NCBI RefSeq assembly: GCF_001194135.2
Contig: NC_068984.1
Span: 40,578,775-40,642,774 of the forward strand
DNA: 64,000 bases
Direction: 5' to 3'
From: Octopus bimaculoides
Lineage: Eukaryota
The translations under genes and the position numbers were made by a program. Below are positions 23,169 to 36,129 of this stretch, in pieces. Below the pieces are notes generated by a model. That model searched no databases, was not told the origin of the DNA, and saw nothing but the letters and a program-made list of their open reading frames with translations. Within the stretch, counting starts at the first letter, position 1; each line of letters starts with the position of its first letter.

Positions 23169-24563
23169 GGAGAAAGATACACACAGAGGGAAAGAGAGTT
23201 AGATAGATAGACAGATAGATAGATAAATAGAAAGATACATCGTTATATGCTTCTTATGTATTACACATACACACAAACACGCACATATTTAGGTATATGA
23301 GAAACATATTTATATATATAATAGTACACAATAAAGCAGAAAGAGCCTACTCAGTTATTATCTTTTTATGGTAACTCTGAAAGTAAGCGTCTTTAAATCT
23401 CGGCGGTATATTAGTTATAATATTATTTCAATTAAAGTATGTGTAGTGCAAGCCACAAGAAATGACTTTGCATAACTGGAATGGAACGATTTATAATTAC
23501 ATACAATCAATTAGAAACTTGGGAGCCTCTCACATCCAAAATATGAATCATACATTAATCAACTGTACATTTTAATAAGAGACTATGTGATGCCAGGTAG
23601 CTTAAAACAATTTAAGAAATCGATTATCATTATTATTGTTATAATTTATTTTGTTGTTTTCTTTTTTAACACGCAAGCAATTTCCCGCATACTATTGGGA
23701 AAAATTATGGTACGAAAATAATAAATCTATTAAGAGTGCAGCAACAAATTTTTAGCTGTCTGAAATCTAATTATGATAAATAATTAAATTTCAGGCAGTG
23801 AAAACCCATTTCGATGATAGGGATTAAATGGATATTAAAATGGTAATATTGAAAACTATACTAAATAAGAGAAGCAGAAGTAATAATTGCTTCATTGGAA
23901 CGAGGCATTACAGGCCTGAGAATGTTTTTAAATGTTACAGTATTAACATTACTTCACCTATGAGGCCGATTTAGAGAAAGCGTGTAAAATATTTTGTTAG
24001 GATGCGTTAGCCTTCACTAAGAACCGTAAAAAAATGTAATACATCTGAGAACAAACTAAATTAAATGACGTCAAATTTATAAAATCGCTGAAATGAACTA
24101 TGCCTGGACATGGCAGACATTTATTATTGAATTGTTGAAATATTTGTAGCGAGACTCCTGCTGAGTTTTGATATATTACTCTCAGATTTCAGAAGCACAA
24201 GCTGCCATACAACTATAAAAAGAAATGTACCGCCATGAAAAACATTAACGTCCATGTAAATATGGCCCGAGCAACCAGTATTGGCTGACTTGTTATAGTT
24301 AATACGGCAAACTTCAAATGAAGTGTGCGAGTTCCCCGCTAAATGCCTTTATCGAAAGTTCTAGAAAACTTTTACTAATGGTTACAAAAACTAGCGAATT
24401 CAAGCCATGACGAGAGTCACCCAGCAGTCCATATGAAGCTATGTCGCTTTGCTCAGTGAGATTTTCTCTTGCCTACTTTTTGATATTTAATATGTTATGT
24501 TCGGCAAAAGGTACCGATCGAGAAATTTCGTGTTGGATCATTCACGCATTACTTACATGCAGT

Positions 24564-24946
24564 GTGGAGGCGCAATGGCCCAGTGGTTAGGAAAGCGGAC
24601 TCACGGTCATAGGATTGCGGTTTCGATTCCCAGACCGGGCGCTGTGAGTGTTTATTGAGCGAAAACACCTAAAAACTCCACGCGGCTCCGGCAGGGGATG
24701 GTGGCGAACTCTGCTGTACTCTTCCACCACAACTTTCTCTCACTCTATCTTCCTGTTTCTGTTGTTCCGGTAATTCAAAGGGTCAGTCTTGTCACACTGT
24801 GTCACACTGAATATCCCCGAGAACTACGTTAAGGGTACACGTGTCTGTGGAGTGCTCAGCCACTTGCACGTTAATTTCACGAGCAGGCTGTTCCGTTGAT
24901 CAGATCAACTGGAACCCTAGTCGTCGTAAGCGACGGAGTGCCAACA
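24564..24946 (+). mobile_element. SINE family B, full length with 13-bp TSD
   Basis: TSD ACTTACATGCAGT at 24551-24563 and 24947-24959; A and B boxes; CAA tail. Confidence 0.95.
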
Positions 24947-26102
24947 ACTTACATGCAGTAGTTCTAACTATTTCCACTTATTCCGACTTTAATAATCATG
25001 AGCTACTTTCAAAATCTTACTTAGTATCTATCTAATTATATTTATCATCGCATTTATTTTGTTCCTTAAGTCAAATATTTGTGCACATATAGACGTTCCG
25101 AGTTACAATAAATGGAAACTCAGAAAAACATTAGCGTGGTCTAGCTGGCCATCACATGTCTACTTAATGTTGTACACCACCAACGACGAAATAATAACTG
25201 AAGACCTGCTACATGTTAACTCTGCTGCATACGTCTGCAATATGAGCGACAACAATTGAACGAAGATGCTGCTAGATTAGTTTCCTAAGAACTGCAAAAG
25301 AATCAAAGAAGATAACGAACGAAGTACAGACATAAATTGAATATAGTTGACAAAAATTGCAAAAATTATGGAATAATATCAAGTAGAGAAAGCAATAGCC
25401 AATGTCAAAATAATTCGAGGTATAAATATGTTGTAAAGTTGGACAGTTTTCAAATCAATTCTATAGGTATTACGTATAGCTGACGATGCAAATAATTTGT
25501 GTAAATTCACAGCAATCAGGTTGTTCACCAACTCTCAAATAGCAAACAAGATATAATTTAATGTGATTAAAACTAATAGTACCTTAATAATGTACGCAGA
25601 GATATAAATACAACATAATGTCTCGCAGAAACGATATTGAATTAAGGAATTCTGGAATATGAGAAATAAATCCATAATTCCATTTGCAATTGTAACTAAC
25701 GGAATGAGGCAATCGATTGCGTATACTCACCACTTTGATAACTTTAAATAACTGAAAAGGCATATGGAAGGACGTTTTAGTAAGAAAGTTTTTAAAGAAT
25801 TCTTTCAAATTATTTCGGTATTTTTGTTATTGTTAATATTGTTTCCATAGATATCATGGAAAGTAAACGTGTTTTTCAGTTACGTTAGTGTAGCTAACAA
25901 ATCCTTTACATCAGCAACAACAACCACAGTTAACTCTTTGTTAATTATGGATAACCTGACACTATTTCGGAAAAACCTGGAACTGATTGATGAACTCTGT
26001 TCATATATTTTACTATTTTATAAATAACTAACAGGAATGTTGGTTGTGTAAATGGGGATATTGTTTGTATTGGAAAGTATGCTACTGACTAGCGGAGAAA
26101 GT

Positions 26103-26364
26103 AAAGGTAAGGTAAAGTTACCTTCTCGAGTCATGTCAGTTCATAAGGGCCGGCTTCCCGGTTTCATGGCGTATAAATTCCCCACCTGACGGGATGCCGG
26201 TCCGGCACAAGATTACTCATTTCTGTCAGCTGAGTGAACTGGAGCAACGTGATATGAAGTGTTTTGCTCAAGAACACAATGCGTTGTCCGGTCCAGGAAT
26301 CGAAACCACAATCTTACGATCATGAGTCCGACACCCTAACCACTAAACCACACACCTCCACCGA
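26103..26364 (-). mobile_element. SINE family A, full length with 10-bp TSD
   Basis: TSD CGGAGAAAGT at 26093-26102 and 26365-26374; tRNA-like head with CTCATGA loop; TTTACC tail. Confidence 0.93.
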
Positions 26365-26837
26365 CGGAGAAAGTCCAGATCTATTAAGGAACATATTTAT
26401 AAATAGCTTGACATTATAGAGTTTAATGAAGTGAAAGAGAAAGAAATAACATGCAAGTTTGTGAATGAATATTTCAGAAAGCTTAGATTAATGTTCAAAC
26501 TGAAATCATATTTGAACAAAATCGTGACAATCAACGCCGAGGTTATTAAGTTACTGAAATATGAGTGTAGTTAGATGCCAAAATAATGAAACAGAAATTA
26601 TAATGAACAAAGATTAGTTTCAATTGAAAAAAAAAATGAAAATTAGAAAGTTATCAATAATCTGCAGTATGTTTCACCTGGAAAACTGTGGTAATCGGTT
26701 ATGTGTAAAAAAAAACATTCGTGGCCTTCTTTCTTCAGTCAAGTTACCAGAAGTCCTTACAGTTTCGGGCAGTTACACACACATATATGTGTGTGTGTGC
26801 GTGTGTGCGTGTGTGTATGTATGTAGATTTATACATG

Positions 26838-26868
<31 letters not shown>

Positions 26869-27735
26869 CTGTCACTACTATATTTCTTCCTTCTGTCACT
26901 ACTATATTTCTCCCTTCCTCTCTTTCTCTCGTTGCTCACCTATTCTTCTACTTCCTCCCTTTGTTTCTCCCTCTACCACTCTCTCTCTTCCTTACCCCTC
27001 CCTGGTCATATGCTTCCGGTCACTAATCCTTTTCTTCCTTGGCTATCGCCGAGCAAACACGCGTACTTACTTCGTCCCGGCTTTCAGTTCGTGCCTCACA
27101 GCGTTCATATACACATAGTTTTTCACGTCTGGCCGCATAGCCTTTTCCGTTTGTTTTCCTGTCTTGTTTTTTTGTCCGCCACTACATTCCTCCATGGCAC
27201 AGGTTTAATTTGTGCATACAAATTTAATTTGCGGTCTNNNNNNNNNNNNNNNNNNNNNNNNNNNNNNNNNNNNNNNNNNNNNNNNNNNNNNNNNNNNNNN
27301 NNNNNNNNNNNNNNNNNNNNNNNNNNNNNNNNNNNNNNNNNNNNNNNNNNNNNNNNNNNNNNNNNNNNNNNNNNNNNNNNNNNNNNNNNNNNNNNNNNNN
27401 NNNNNNNNNNNNNNNNNNNNNNNNNNNNNNNNNNNNNNNNNNNNNNNNNNNNNNNNNNNNNNNNNNNNNNNNNNNNNNNNNNNNNNNNNNNNNNNNNNNN
27501 NNNNNNNNNNNNNNNNNNNNNNNNNNNNNNNNNNNNNNNNNNNNNNNNNNNNNNNNNNNNNNNNNNNNNNNNNNNNNNNNNNNNNNNNNNNNNNNNNNNN
27601 NNNNNNNNNNNNNNNNNNNNNNNNNNNNNNNNNNNNNNNNNNNNNNNNNNNNNNNNNNNNNNNNNNNNNNNNNNNNNNNNNNNNNNNNNNNNNNNNNNNN
27701 NNNNNNNNNNNNNNNNNNNNNNNNNNNNNNNNNNN

Positions 27736-27795
<60 letters not shown>

Positions 27796-28395
27796 TGTGT
27801 AAGTATGTATGTATGTAAATTCTTTCATTGTCACTATGCTCATGACACAGTTCCGAACTTACATACCTGGAGGCAGTGTAGATAAGAAAAAATGACAAAG
27901 AATAAAAATATAAAAATGAAACCCTAATGGAGATTGGATCGATGAGAAATATCATCAATATGACCGAGGGGAAAAAAACATTAGGGAAGTTTTCTGCATA
28001 CTAAATATATTTGTATCAGAGTCTCACATATGTCATATACTGAGGTGAAAAACTTCGACTAATGTTATTCACAGAGTAAAGAAAAATCGATAAGAAAACT
28101 CTCCCCAGGTGAAGTTATAACCTGAAAAAAGAAAGCTTTAAAAACAAAATTATAATAATTTAAACTAGTAAGATCATTCCTGTGAGATCAGCTGACTGAA
28201 ATTATTGGGAAAATATAGAAGACCAAATACAGAGGTACTCGTCATTGCCAAGATGCCTAATATCTACAAACTAACTTAACTTCTAAGCATGTTTTTTTGT
28301 GAAACTCTTTGCATGTAATTATATCAGCACATATACACACGCACCGCATACGCGCGCGGACACACACGCACGCACACACGCACGCATGCACGCGT

Positions 28396-28441
<46 letters not shown>

Positions 28442-28761
28442 GCACACACATATATGCACGCACATGAACACGGGCGTGCACACACACATACAAACATGCA
28501 CATACACCCACAGGCGCGCGCGCGTATAGACATACACATAGTGTGTTTAAGCCGGACCAGAGTTCCAGGCCTATCAGAACCGGCTTAAATGAGCTATTGC
28601 TTTCTGCATTTGTACGAAATATTCTTTCACCGGATCGTTACCCCATTTCAAATAGATATACATATATATGTGTGTGTGTGTGTGTGTGTGCATGTATAAA
28701 TGTAGCTAGATAGATAAGTATATGTCTACTCATACACACGCACATATATCATGCACACATG

Positions 28762-28793
<32 letters not shown>

Positions 28794-28796
<3 letters not shown>

Positions 28797-29490
28797 GAAG
28801 ATGTGCTGCAAAGTTTCTGGCTTTAAGAGTATCGCGAAAGGGTAGAGCTGTTACCTTTTCAGGATAGGTAGAACAATTATTTAGGAGAAAATGTGGAAAA
28901 AAGCATGATGGCATACAATATATCTTTCTCTTTTTACAGATTTAACGCATAATGGTAGTTTCTGCTGTAGATTTTGGTCAAATTGAAGCACAGGTGGTCA
29001 TGAATTTTCTGTTTTTGCAAGGCAAAAGAGCGGCGGAAACGTATGGCGATGTGAAGAAAGTGTTGAAGGATGGCCACCCAGCTTACTCCACAGTGAAAAT
29101 CTGGGTGTCAGGATTTGGCACTGGTCATTTCGAGGTCACAAATGAACCCAGGTCAGGACGGCTAACTTCAACAACCACAGAGGACAAAGCCAACGCTGTG
29201 CGCGTCATGATTCTAGAGCACCGCCTATGCCAACAAAAATCACAGCTGCGACCTTGGGTATTTCCCGAGAAAGAGTTGGCTACGTCAAGCGCAACTTTCT
29301 AGACAGGAGAAAGCTTTCCACAAGATGGTTGCCGAAATGCCTGAACGTAGATGAGACGTGCATCAGAGTAACAACATCAGAGGCGATTTTGGATCGATTT
29401 GCAGTGGGAGTGGCTGATTTTATGGCTCGTTTACTCATCATGAATGAAATTTGGCTTCATCATTATGATCCCCAGACGAAACACCTAGCT
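28794..29490 (+). mobile_element. Mariner transposase 5' relic with left TIR
   Basis: AQVVMNFLFLQGK..PAYSTVKIW..F..G...V..EPRSGR (HTH region), LSTRWLPKCL (WVPHEL-like) and NEIWLHHYDPQTK (first catalytic D region). The TIR resembles the ends of 39079-39296. Confidence 0.88.
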
Positions 29491-29808
29491 GTAAATAAGT
29501 AACCGGCCCCACGGCACAGTAATATCTACTTACAGTGAGAAATAGATGTGCAGTTTGACAGGTTACACAACTGAGATCAAATCACTTCACAGCATGTATT
29601 TCAGCTTGTCTTTAGCTAATTTCCTTTCATTTCCTACTAATGGAACGGCAGCTAGTTTGTCGAGAAACTTTTAGTACTGATGTACTCCGAACAATAGGAA
29701 GAAGTAGAGAAGTGTATATTGGTTAATGAACATGGATGCTTATATCTGTGTATATATGAATATATGTATGTCTTATCTGTGTATGTTCCTGCGTGTGTAT
29801 GTGTATTG

Positions 29809-29843
<35 letters not shown>

Positions 29844-31007
29844 NNNNNNNNNNNNNNNNNNNNNNNNNNNNNNNNNNNNNNNNNNNNNNNNNNNNNNNNN
29901 NNNNNNNNNNNNNNNNNNNNNNNNNNNNNNNNNNNNNNNNNNNNNNNNNNNNNNNNNNNNNNNNNNNNNNNNNNNNNNNNNNNNNNNNNNNNNNNNNNNN
30001 NNNNNNNNNNNNNNNNNNNNNNNNNNNNNNNNNNNNNNNNNNNNNNNNNNNNNNNNNNNNNNNNNNNNNNNNNNNNNNNNNNNNNNNNNNNNNNNNNNNN
30101 NNNNNNNNNNNNNNNNNNNNNNNNNNNNNNNNNNNNNNNNNNNNNNNNNNNNNNNNNNNNNNNNNNNNNNNNNNNNNNNNNNNNNNNNNNNNNNNNNNNN
30201 NNNNNNNNNNNNNNNNNNNNNNNNNNNNNNNNNNNNNNNNNNNNNNNNNNNNNNNNNNNNNNNNNNNNNNNNNNNNNNNNNNNNNNNNNNNNNNNNNNNN
30301 NNNNNNNNNNNNNNNNNNNNNNNNNNNNNNNNNNNNNNNNNNNNNNNNNNNNNNNNNNNNNNNNNNNNNNNNNNNNNNNNNNNNNNNNNNNNNNNNNNNN
30401 NNNNNNNNNNNNNNNNNNNNNNNNNNNNNNNNNNNNNNNNNNNNNNNNNNNNNNNNNNNNNNNNNNNNNNNNNNNNNNNNNNNNNNNNNNNNNNNNNNNN
30501 NNNNNNNNNNNNNNNNNNNNNNNNNNNNNNNNNNNNNNNNNNNNNNNNNNNNNNNNNNNNNNNNNNNNNNNNNNNNNNNNNNNNNNNNNNNNNNNNNNNN
30601 NNNNNNNNNNNNNNNNNNNNNNNNNNNNNNNNNNNNNNNNNNNNNNNNNNNNNNNNNNNNNNNNNNNNNNNNNNNNNNNNNNNNNNNNNNNNNNNNNGTG
30701 ATGGTGGTGGTGATGGCAGTAGTGATGGTGGTGGTGATGGCGGCGATTGTGGTAGTGATACTTCAGGTATGGTTGATGGTTGTAGTGATGACGGTGATGA
30801 TGAAGGAGGTGACAGTAGTGGTGGTAGTATCGGTGCCGGTGGTGCAGACGGTGCTGAAGGTGCTGACGGTGCTGACGGTGAACGTTTAAAGGAAAGCAGT
30901 CTACTTAAGGCGTCTTACCCGTAATTGTCTCAACACGCACCTAGCATGCATGGCTTCCACTCATCTTACCTCTCTGCCTCTTCACCACCACCACCACCAC
31001 CACCACA

Positions 31008-31053
<46 letters not shown>

Positions 31054-31198
31054 GAACATACCCCTTCATCTCTTTATCCATTTCAGTATTCCTGCGTCTT
31101 TTCTTTTTTCTCTCTTCAAACTCTCACTTCCCCCCTCTCTTTATTCCTTTCTTAATATTTATCTTTCTTAATCCTCCTCTTCCTTCCCCCTCCATGCT

Positions 31199-31310
31199 TA
31201 TTTCTTCTTCTTCTTCTTCTTCTTCTTCTTCTTCTTCTTCTTCTTCTTCTTCTTCTTCTTCTTCTTCTTCTTCTTCTTCTTCTTCTTCTTCTTCTTCTTC
31301 TTCTTCTTTC
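31199..31310 (+). repeat. (TTC)n microsatellite
   Basis: Seen directly. Confidence 0.97.
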
Positions 31311-31868
31311 TTTCTTTCTTTCTTTCCTCCTTCCTCCATCTCTCCTTTTTCTTCCTTCCTTCTTCCTCTCCTTCCTCTTCCCTCTTCATTTCTTCTTCTT
31401 CTAATATGTTTTGTAATGCGAGAAGACATCGAGTTGCGCAGGGGCAAACGCAGTAAGTGAGGCTTGCCTTCAGAAGTGGAGAGCTACTCTTATTGCATTC
31501 AAGGTCTTTTGTTCCCCGTGTTTTTGTTTTCTTTTTTTTGATCGGTGCAAGCCGAATAAGCTGTGTGTTTGCATAAGCTTGATGACAGCATACAGCTTAA
31601 TAATAAATAATAGATTGGAAGTAGAGTTGTTGCACCGACCAAGTGAGCAAATGAACATTTGCCTCAAGAGACTAAGTCATCTTTTGCATATACATATGTA
31701 AAGGATGATGTTTTTTCCTAAGGAGCTTTTGATGCCTTTCTAAACTATAACTGCAGTTTACTGCATTTCGTTGATTATTTTACAAAATAGGTGCCACTTT
31801 GCCGCTCTCACGCCCTCTCTCCATCTACCTGGCACTACAATTTTCTCTCTCTCTCTATCTCCTCTCCT

Positions 31869-31906
<38 letters not shown>

Positions 31907-32353
31907 NNNNNNNNNNNNNNNNNNNNNNNNNNNNNNNNNNNNNNNNNNNNNNNNNNNNNNNNNNNNNNNNNNNNNNNNNNNNNNNNNNNNNNNNNNNNNN
32001 NNNNNNNNNNNNNNNNNNNNNNNNNNNNNNNNNNNNNNNNNNNNNNNNNNNNNNNNNNNNNNNNNNNNNNNNNNNNNNNNNNNNNNNNNNNNNNNNNNNN
32101 NNNNNNNNNNNNNNNNNNNNNNNNNNNNNNNNNNNNNNNNNNNNNNNNNNNNNNNNNNNNNNNNNNNNNNNNNNNNNNNNNNNNNNNNNNNNNNNNNNNN
32201 NNNNNNNNNNNNNNNNNNNNNNNNNNNNNNNNNNNNNNNNNNNNNNNNNNNNNNNNNNNNNNNNNNNNNNNNNNNNNNNNNNNNNNNNNNNNNNNNNNNN
32301 NNNNNNNNNNNNNNNNNNNNNNNNNNNNNNNNNNNNNNNNNNNNNNNNNNNNN

Positions 32354-32396
<43 letters not shown>

Positions 32397-32617
32397 ATGT
32401 ATATGCATGTGTGTGTGTGTGAGTGTGTGTAATTATATTATAAGTAAATTAGATGACATAAGAATAAACGATTACCTTATGAACTTCATTAGCTTACAGT
32501 TAGTTATTTCTTCTATAGTTTGCAGTAGACTCATAGTTGAGCGCTTCAGTTACAACTTATATTGTCATCGGAGCCTCGTATGTGAAGTGCAATATTCCTC
32601 AAACCAATAGTCTATCA

Positions 32618-32651
<34 letters not shown>

Positions 32652-32744
32652 GCATAAACATATGACCATATGCATACAGACACATATGTGTGTATGTATG
32701 TATGTATGTATGTATGTATGTATGTATGTATGTATGTATGTATG

Positions 32745-32795
<51 letters not shown>

Positions 32796-32987
32796 TAGGA
32801 TCCAGCTGTATGAAGTTAGTAAGCTTCGAGCGGTTCGTAGAAGGTATAAAAATCAACTTTCAGGAACAATAGTGGTTTAATGACGTAGAATGTTGTAGAT
32901 TTTTCCCATATCGAAGTTCGATAAGCTGAAAAAAGTTATTTTATAGCTTACTGTTAGCACCTGGGGCTGTTGTGTATGAGAATAAAA

Positions 32988-33227
32988 ATCCAAATTAAGC
33001 GAACGGGGTAGACAAAATCCAGGCTACATATGTTTCCTAGCCAGTAGAACCTCGAATGAAGTAATTACCCTAACATGGGGTATTCTGTTAACTACTCATC
33101 AAGCCAAAGATACCTTAGTCAAATGAAGATTACATTGTTGTCAAGGGATCCCATGTTACCTCACAGGAGATTTGACTGAAGCCATATGTAGCCTGGATTT
33201 TACCTACCCCGTTCCTTAAATTTGGAT
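32988..33227. mobile_element. MITE-like element with ~45-bp terminal inverted repeats
   Basis: Left ATCCAAATTAAGCGAACGGGGTAGACAAAATCCAGGCTACATATG versus right CATATGTAGCCTGGATTTTACCTACCCCGTTCCTTAAATTTGGAT. Confidence 0.75.
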
Positions 33228-33455
33228 ATATAGTGAGACTTTACAAAAAAAGAAAAAAAAAAAGAAAAAAGAAAAGACGAAGACGGGTGTGTAAACAACA
33301 AACAGATGTATTAGTTTAACGGTCGGGAAGTGAGAAAGTCTTTTACGTTTCGAGCGTACGCTCTTCGACAGAAACGAACACAGAAATAAACAGGGACAGA
33401 AAACAGAAAAAGGTTTAGTGACTAGCAATCTATCATGACGAATTATATATATATA
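33228..33455 (-). mobile_element. Short interspersed repeat with hammerhead-like motif (possible PLE terminus)
   Basis: Homologous to 43190-43395 on the plus strand over ~120 bp: GTCGAAG.GC..GCTCGAAA.GT.AAA..TTCCCGA..GT.AAAC..TTGTTGTT..CAC.TGTCTTCGTCTTTT. Confidence 0.6.
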
Positions 33456-34046
33456 TATATATATNNNNNNNNNNNNNNNNNNNNNNNNNNNNNNNNNNNN
33501 NNNNNNNNNNNNNNNNNNNNNNNNNNNNNNNNNNNNNNNNNNNNNNNNNNNNNNNNNNNNNNNNNNNNNNNNNNNNNNNNNNNNNNNNNNNNNNNNNNNN
33601 NNNNNNNNNNNNNNNNNNNNNNNNNNNNNNNNNNNNNNNNNNNNNNNNNNNNNNNNNNNNNNNNNNNNNNNNNNNNNNNNNNNNNNNNNNNNNNNNNNNN
33701 NNNNNNNNNNNNNNNNNNNNNNNNNNNNNNNNNNNNNNNNNNNNNNNNNNNNNNNNNNNNNNNNNNNNNNNNNNNNNNNNNNNNNNNNNNNNNNNNNNNN
33801 NNNNNNNNNNNNNNNNNNNNNNNNNNNNNNNNNNNNNNNNNNNNNNNNNNNNNNNNNNNNNNNNNNNNNNNNNNNNNNNNNNNNNNNNNNNNNNNNNNNN
33901 NNNNNNNNNNNNNNNNNNNNNNNNNNNNNNNNNNNNNNNNNNNNNNNNNNNNNNNNNNNNNNNNNNNNNNNNNNNNNNNNNNNNNNNNNNNNNNNNNNNN
34001 NNNNNNNNNNNNNNNNNNNNNNNNNNNNNNNNNNNNNNNNNNNNNN

Positions 34047-34088
<42 letters not shown>

Positions 34089-34124
34089 ACACACACATAC
34101 ACAAACACATACTGGAAAACTGAG

Positions 34125-35218
34125 AGAGTGCTTGCATGACTTCTTGAAAAAATCGCAATCAGGTTGAAGCAGCCAATTGAGCCCCCTCTAAGGAGACAGT
34201 AATAGCAAATGGAGCGCGTTAGGGAACACTCTTGGGGCCTCTGCTGTTTGTGTGGCCCTCTCAGACATACTGTCAGTTACAGGCAGCCACAAATGTAGTA
34301 CAAGAAGTCAAGAATCTCCACAATACTAATCTTCTACAGAAAGATGTAGATACCATAAATAAATGGAAGCAACATGCAATTTAATGCGGGGAAAAGTCCA
34401 TGCTAACTGCTATCGACCAGCTTGTGCTAACATGCAGCAGTGAAGATACTTTGGACCAAAAGGAGCGGCAATCCCAGAGGGAAATACAATGCATGATCTG
34501 GAGACAGTATGAGCAACAACAACTCGTTTCATTTGCATATCACCAAGATGGTGAATGGCCGGATTTTGAGAACTTTCAGAACAAGGAACCAGAACACTAT
34601 GCAGGTTCTATGGGAGACATTTATCCTCGGCTATCAAGACAACTGCTCTCAACTGTAATCAGATTGATAGCGGAACTTGAGGCAGTTCAACGCTGCTACA
34701 CCAGGAAGATTGTATCAATGGAACTGTTGGGCTACCAAGAGAGACTGAAAGAGTTACGACTCTACACTCTGGAGCGAAGACGGGAGAGATAAGCTGTAAT
34801 ATACGCATGGAAGATTCCAAAAGGATGGCATCAAACTTTGGCAACGAGTGTTATACCAACCACTAAACAGGACGTTACTGCTCTGTTCCTGAGGTCCTAC
34901 TCATTCCGTTTAGAGTAAGGATAAGGTACTGCAACAGCTTAGGATTCAAAGTCTTATAACTATTTGATATTTTGCCAAAACACGTGAGAGATCTACATGG
35001 AATTGAGGTCGATATTTTCAAGAAGCACCTTGATCTATTGTCCACGATTCCAGGTGAGCGTCAATCACAGTAAAAAAACTCAAAGGAGACAGCTTTTTCA
35101 AACTCCCTCATTCACCAAAAGGCAACCATATAGGACTGGCCCTTGAAAAGGTACTAGCAGCGCCAAAGCATGGCCACAACTTTTAGGCTGAAACGCAAAA
35201 AGCTATAAAAGAATAAAA
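34125..35218 (+). mobile_element. CR1/L2-group LINE 3' relic (RT C-terminal half to 3' tail)
   Basis: LHDFLK, NGAR*GTLLGPLLF (SGVPQG motif), LLQKDVDTINKW, LEAVQRCYTRKI..GYQERLKELRLYTLERRRER; tail ends AAAAGAATAAAA. Confidence 0.85.
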
Positions 35219-35607
35219 CTATGTATATCTATATGTATAAATGTGTGTATATATGCGTATGTGTGTGTTTCTCTGTCTATCTCTGTGCTTGTGTGTGTAT
35301 GTGCGTGTGAATATGTGCGGGTATGTGAAAAAAAAACAATCGACAGAGTATCTGATAGATTGCTTTTGTAGTTATGTTTCCAGCTCTCTGGGCTCTGAGT
35401 TTGAATACCACTGCGGTCAAATTTGCTTTTCATTCTTTCAGAGCCGATAAACAAAAGTATCTAAGTTTCCCTTTCTCTCATTCTTTCTGAGTATCTGTTT
35501 TTCTCCCTTCTGGAAGAACTTTTACACCTCGTGAAGCTCATCTGGAAAGAGATTGACTCCTCCAGATGGAGATTTTTCTCAAGGCATGCAGTATGTTACG
35601 AAGGCAC

Positions 35608-35890
35608 CTGGTAGACGGAAACTGAAAGAAGACCGTCGTATATATGTATATGAATATATATATATATATACATGTGTGTGTGTTTGTGTGTCTGTGTTTG
35701 TCCCCCCAACATCGCTTGACAACCGATGCTGGTGTGTTTACGTCCCCGTAACATAACGGTTCGGCAAAAGATACCGATAGAATAAGTACTAGGCTTACAA
35801 ATAATAAGTCCTGGGGTCGATTTGCTCGACTAAAGGCGGTGCTCCAGCATGGCCGCAGTCAAATGACTGAAACAAGTAACAGAGTAAAAG
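35608..35890 (+). mobile_element. SINE family C, 5'-truncated
   Basis: Near-identical to 58410-58716. Confidence 0.92.
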
Positions 35891-36043
35891 CTGTTGAGGG
35901 TGCAGTATGAGTGTGTATGTGCGCGTGCGTATTTGTATGTGTGTGTATGTGTGTGTGTTTGTGTGTGAATGTCTGTGTATCTGTTTGTGTGTGTATGAAC
36001 GTGTATGTATATATACTCCTCTCTTTCTTCCTTTCTTCGCCCC

Positions 36044-36081
<38 letters not shown>

Positions 36082-36129
36082 CACTGTCACGCTGTTACCT
36101 TCTTATGTCATACACCAGTAGACTTTCGC

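Noticed and set aside
25270-26060. Possible RT relics (IADDA; RLPHSVSYNC..FLRD)
   Set aside because: The motifs are isolated and too decayed to assign without a profile search.
28548-28591. TTTAAGCCGG..CCGGCTTAAA 10-bp inverted repeat
   Set aside because: Too short and single-copy in this window to call a piggyBac-type mini-element.
30698-30924. Gly/Asp-rich (plus) or Ser/Pro-rich (minus) open stretch
   Set aside because: It is a degenerate GGT/GAT microsatellite at a gap edge with no splice or homology support.
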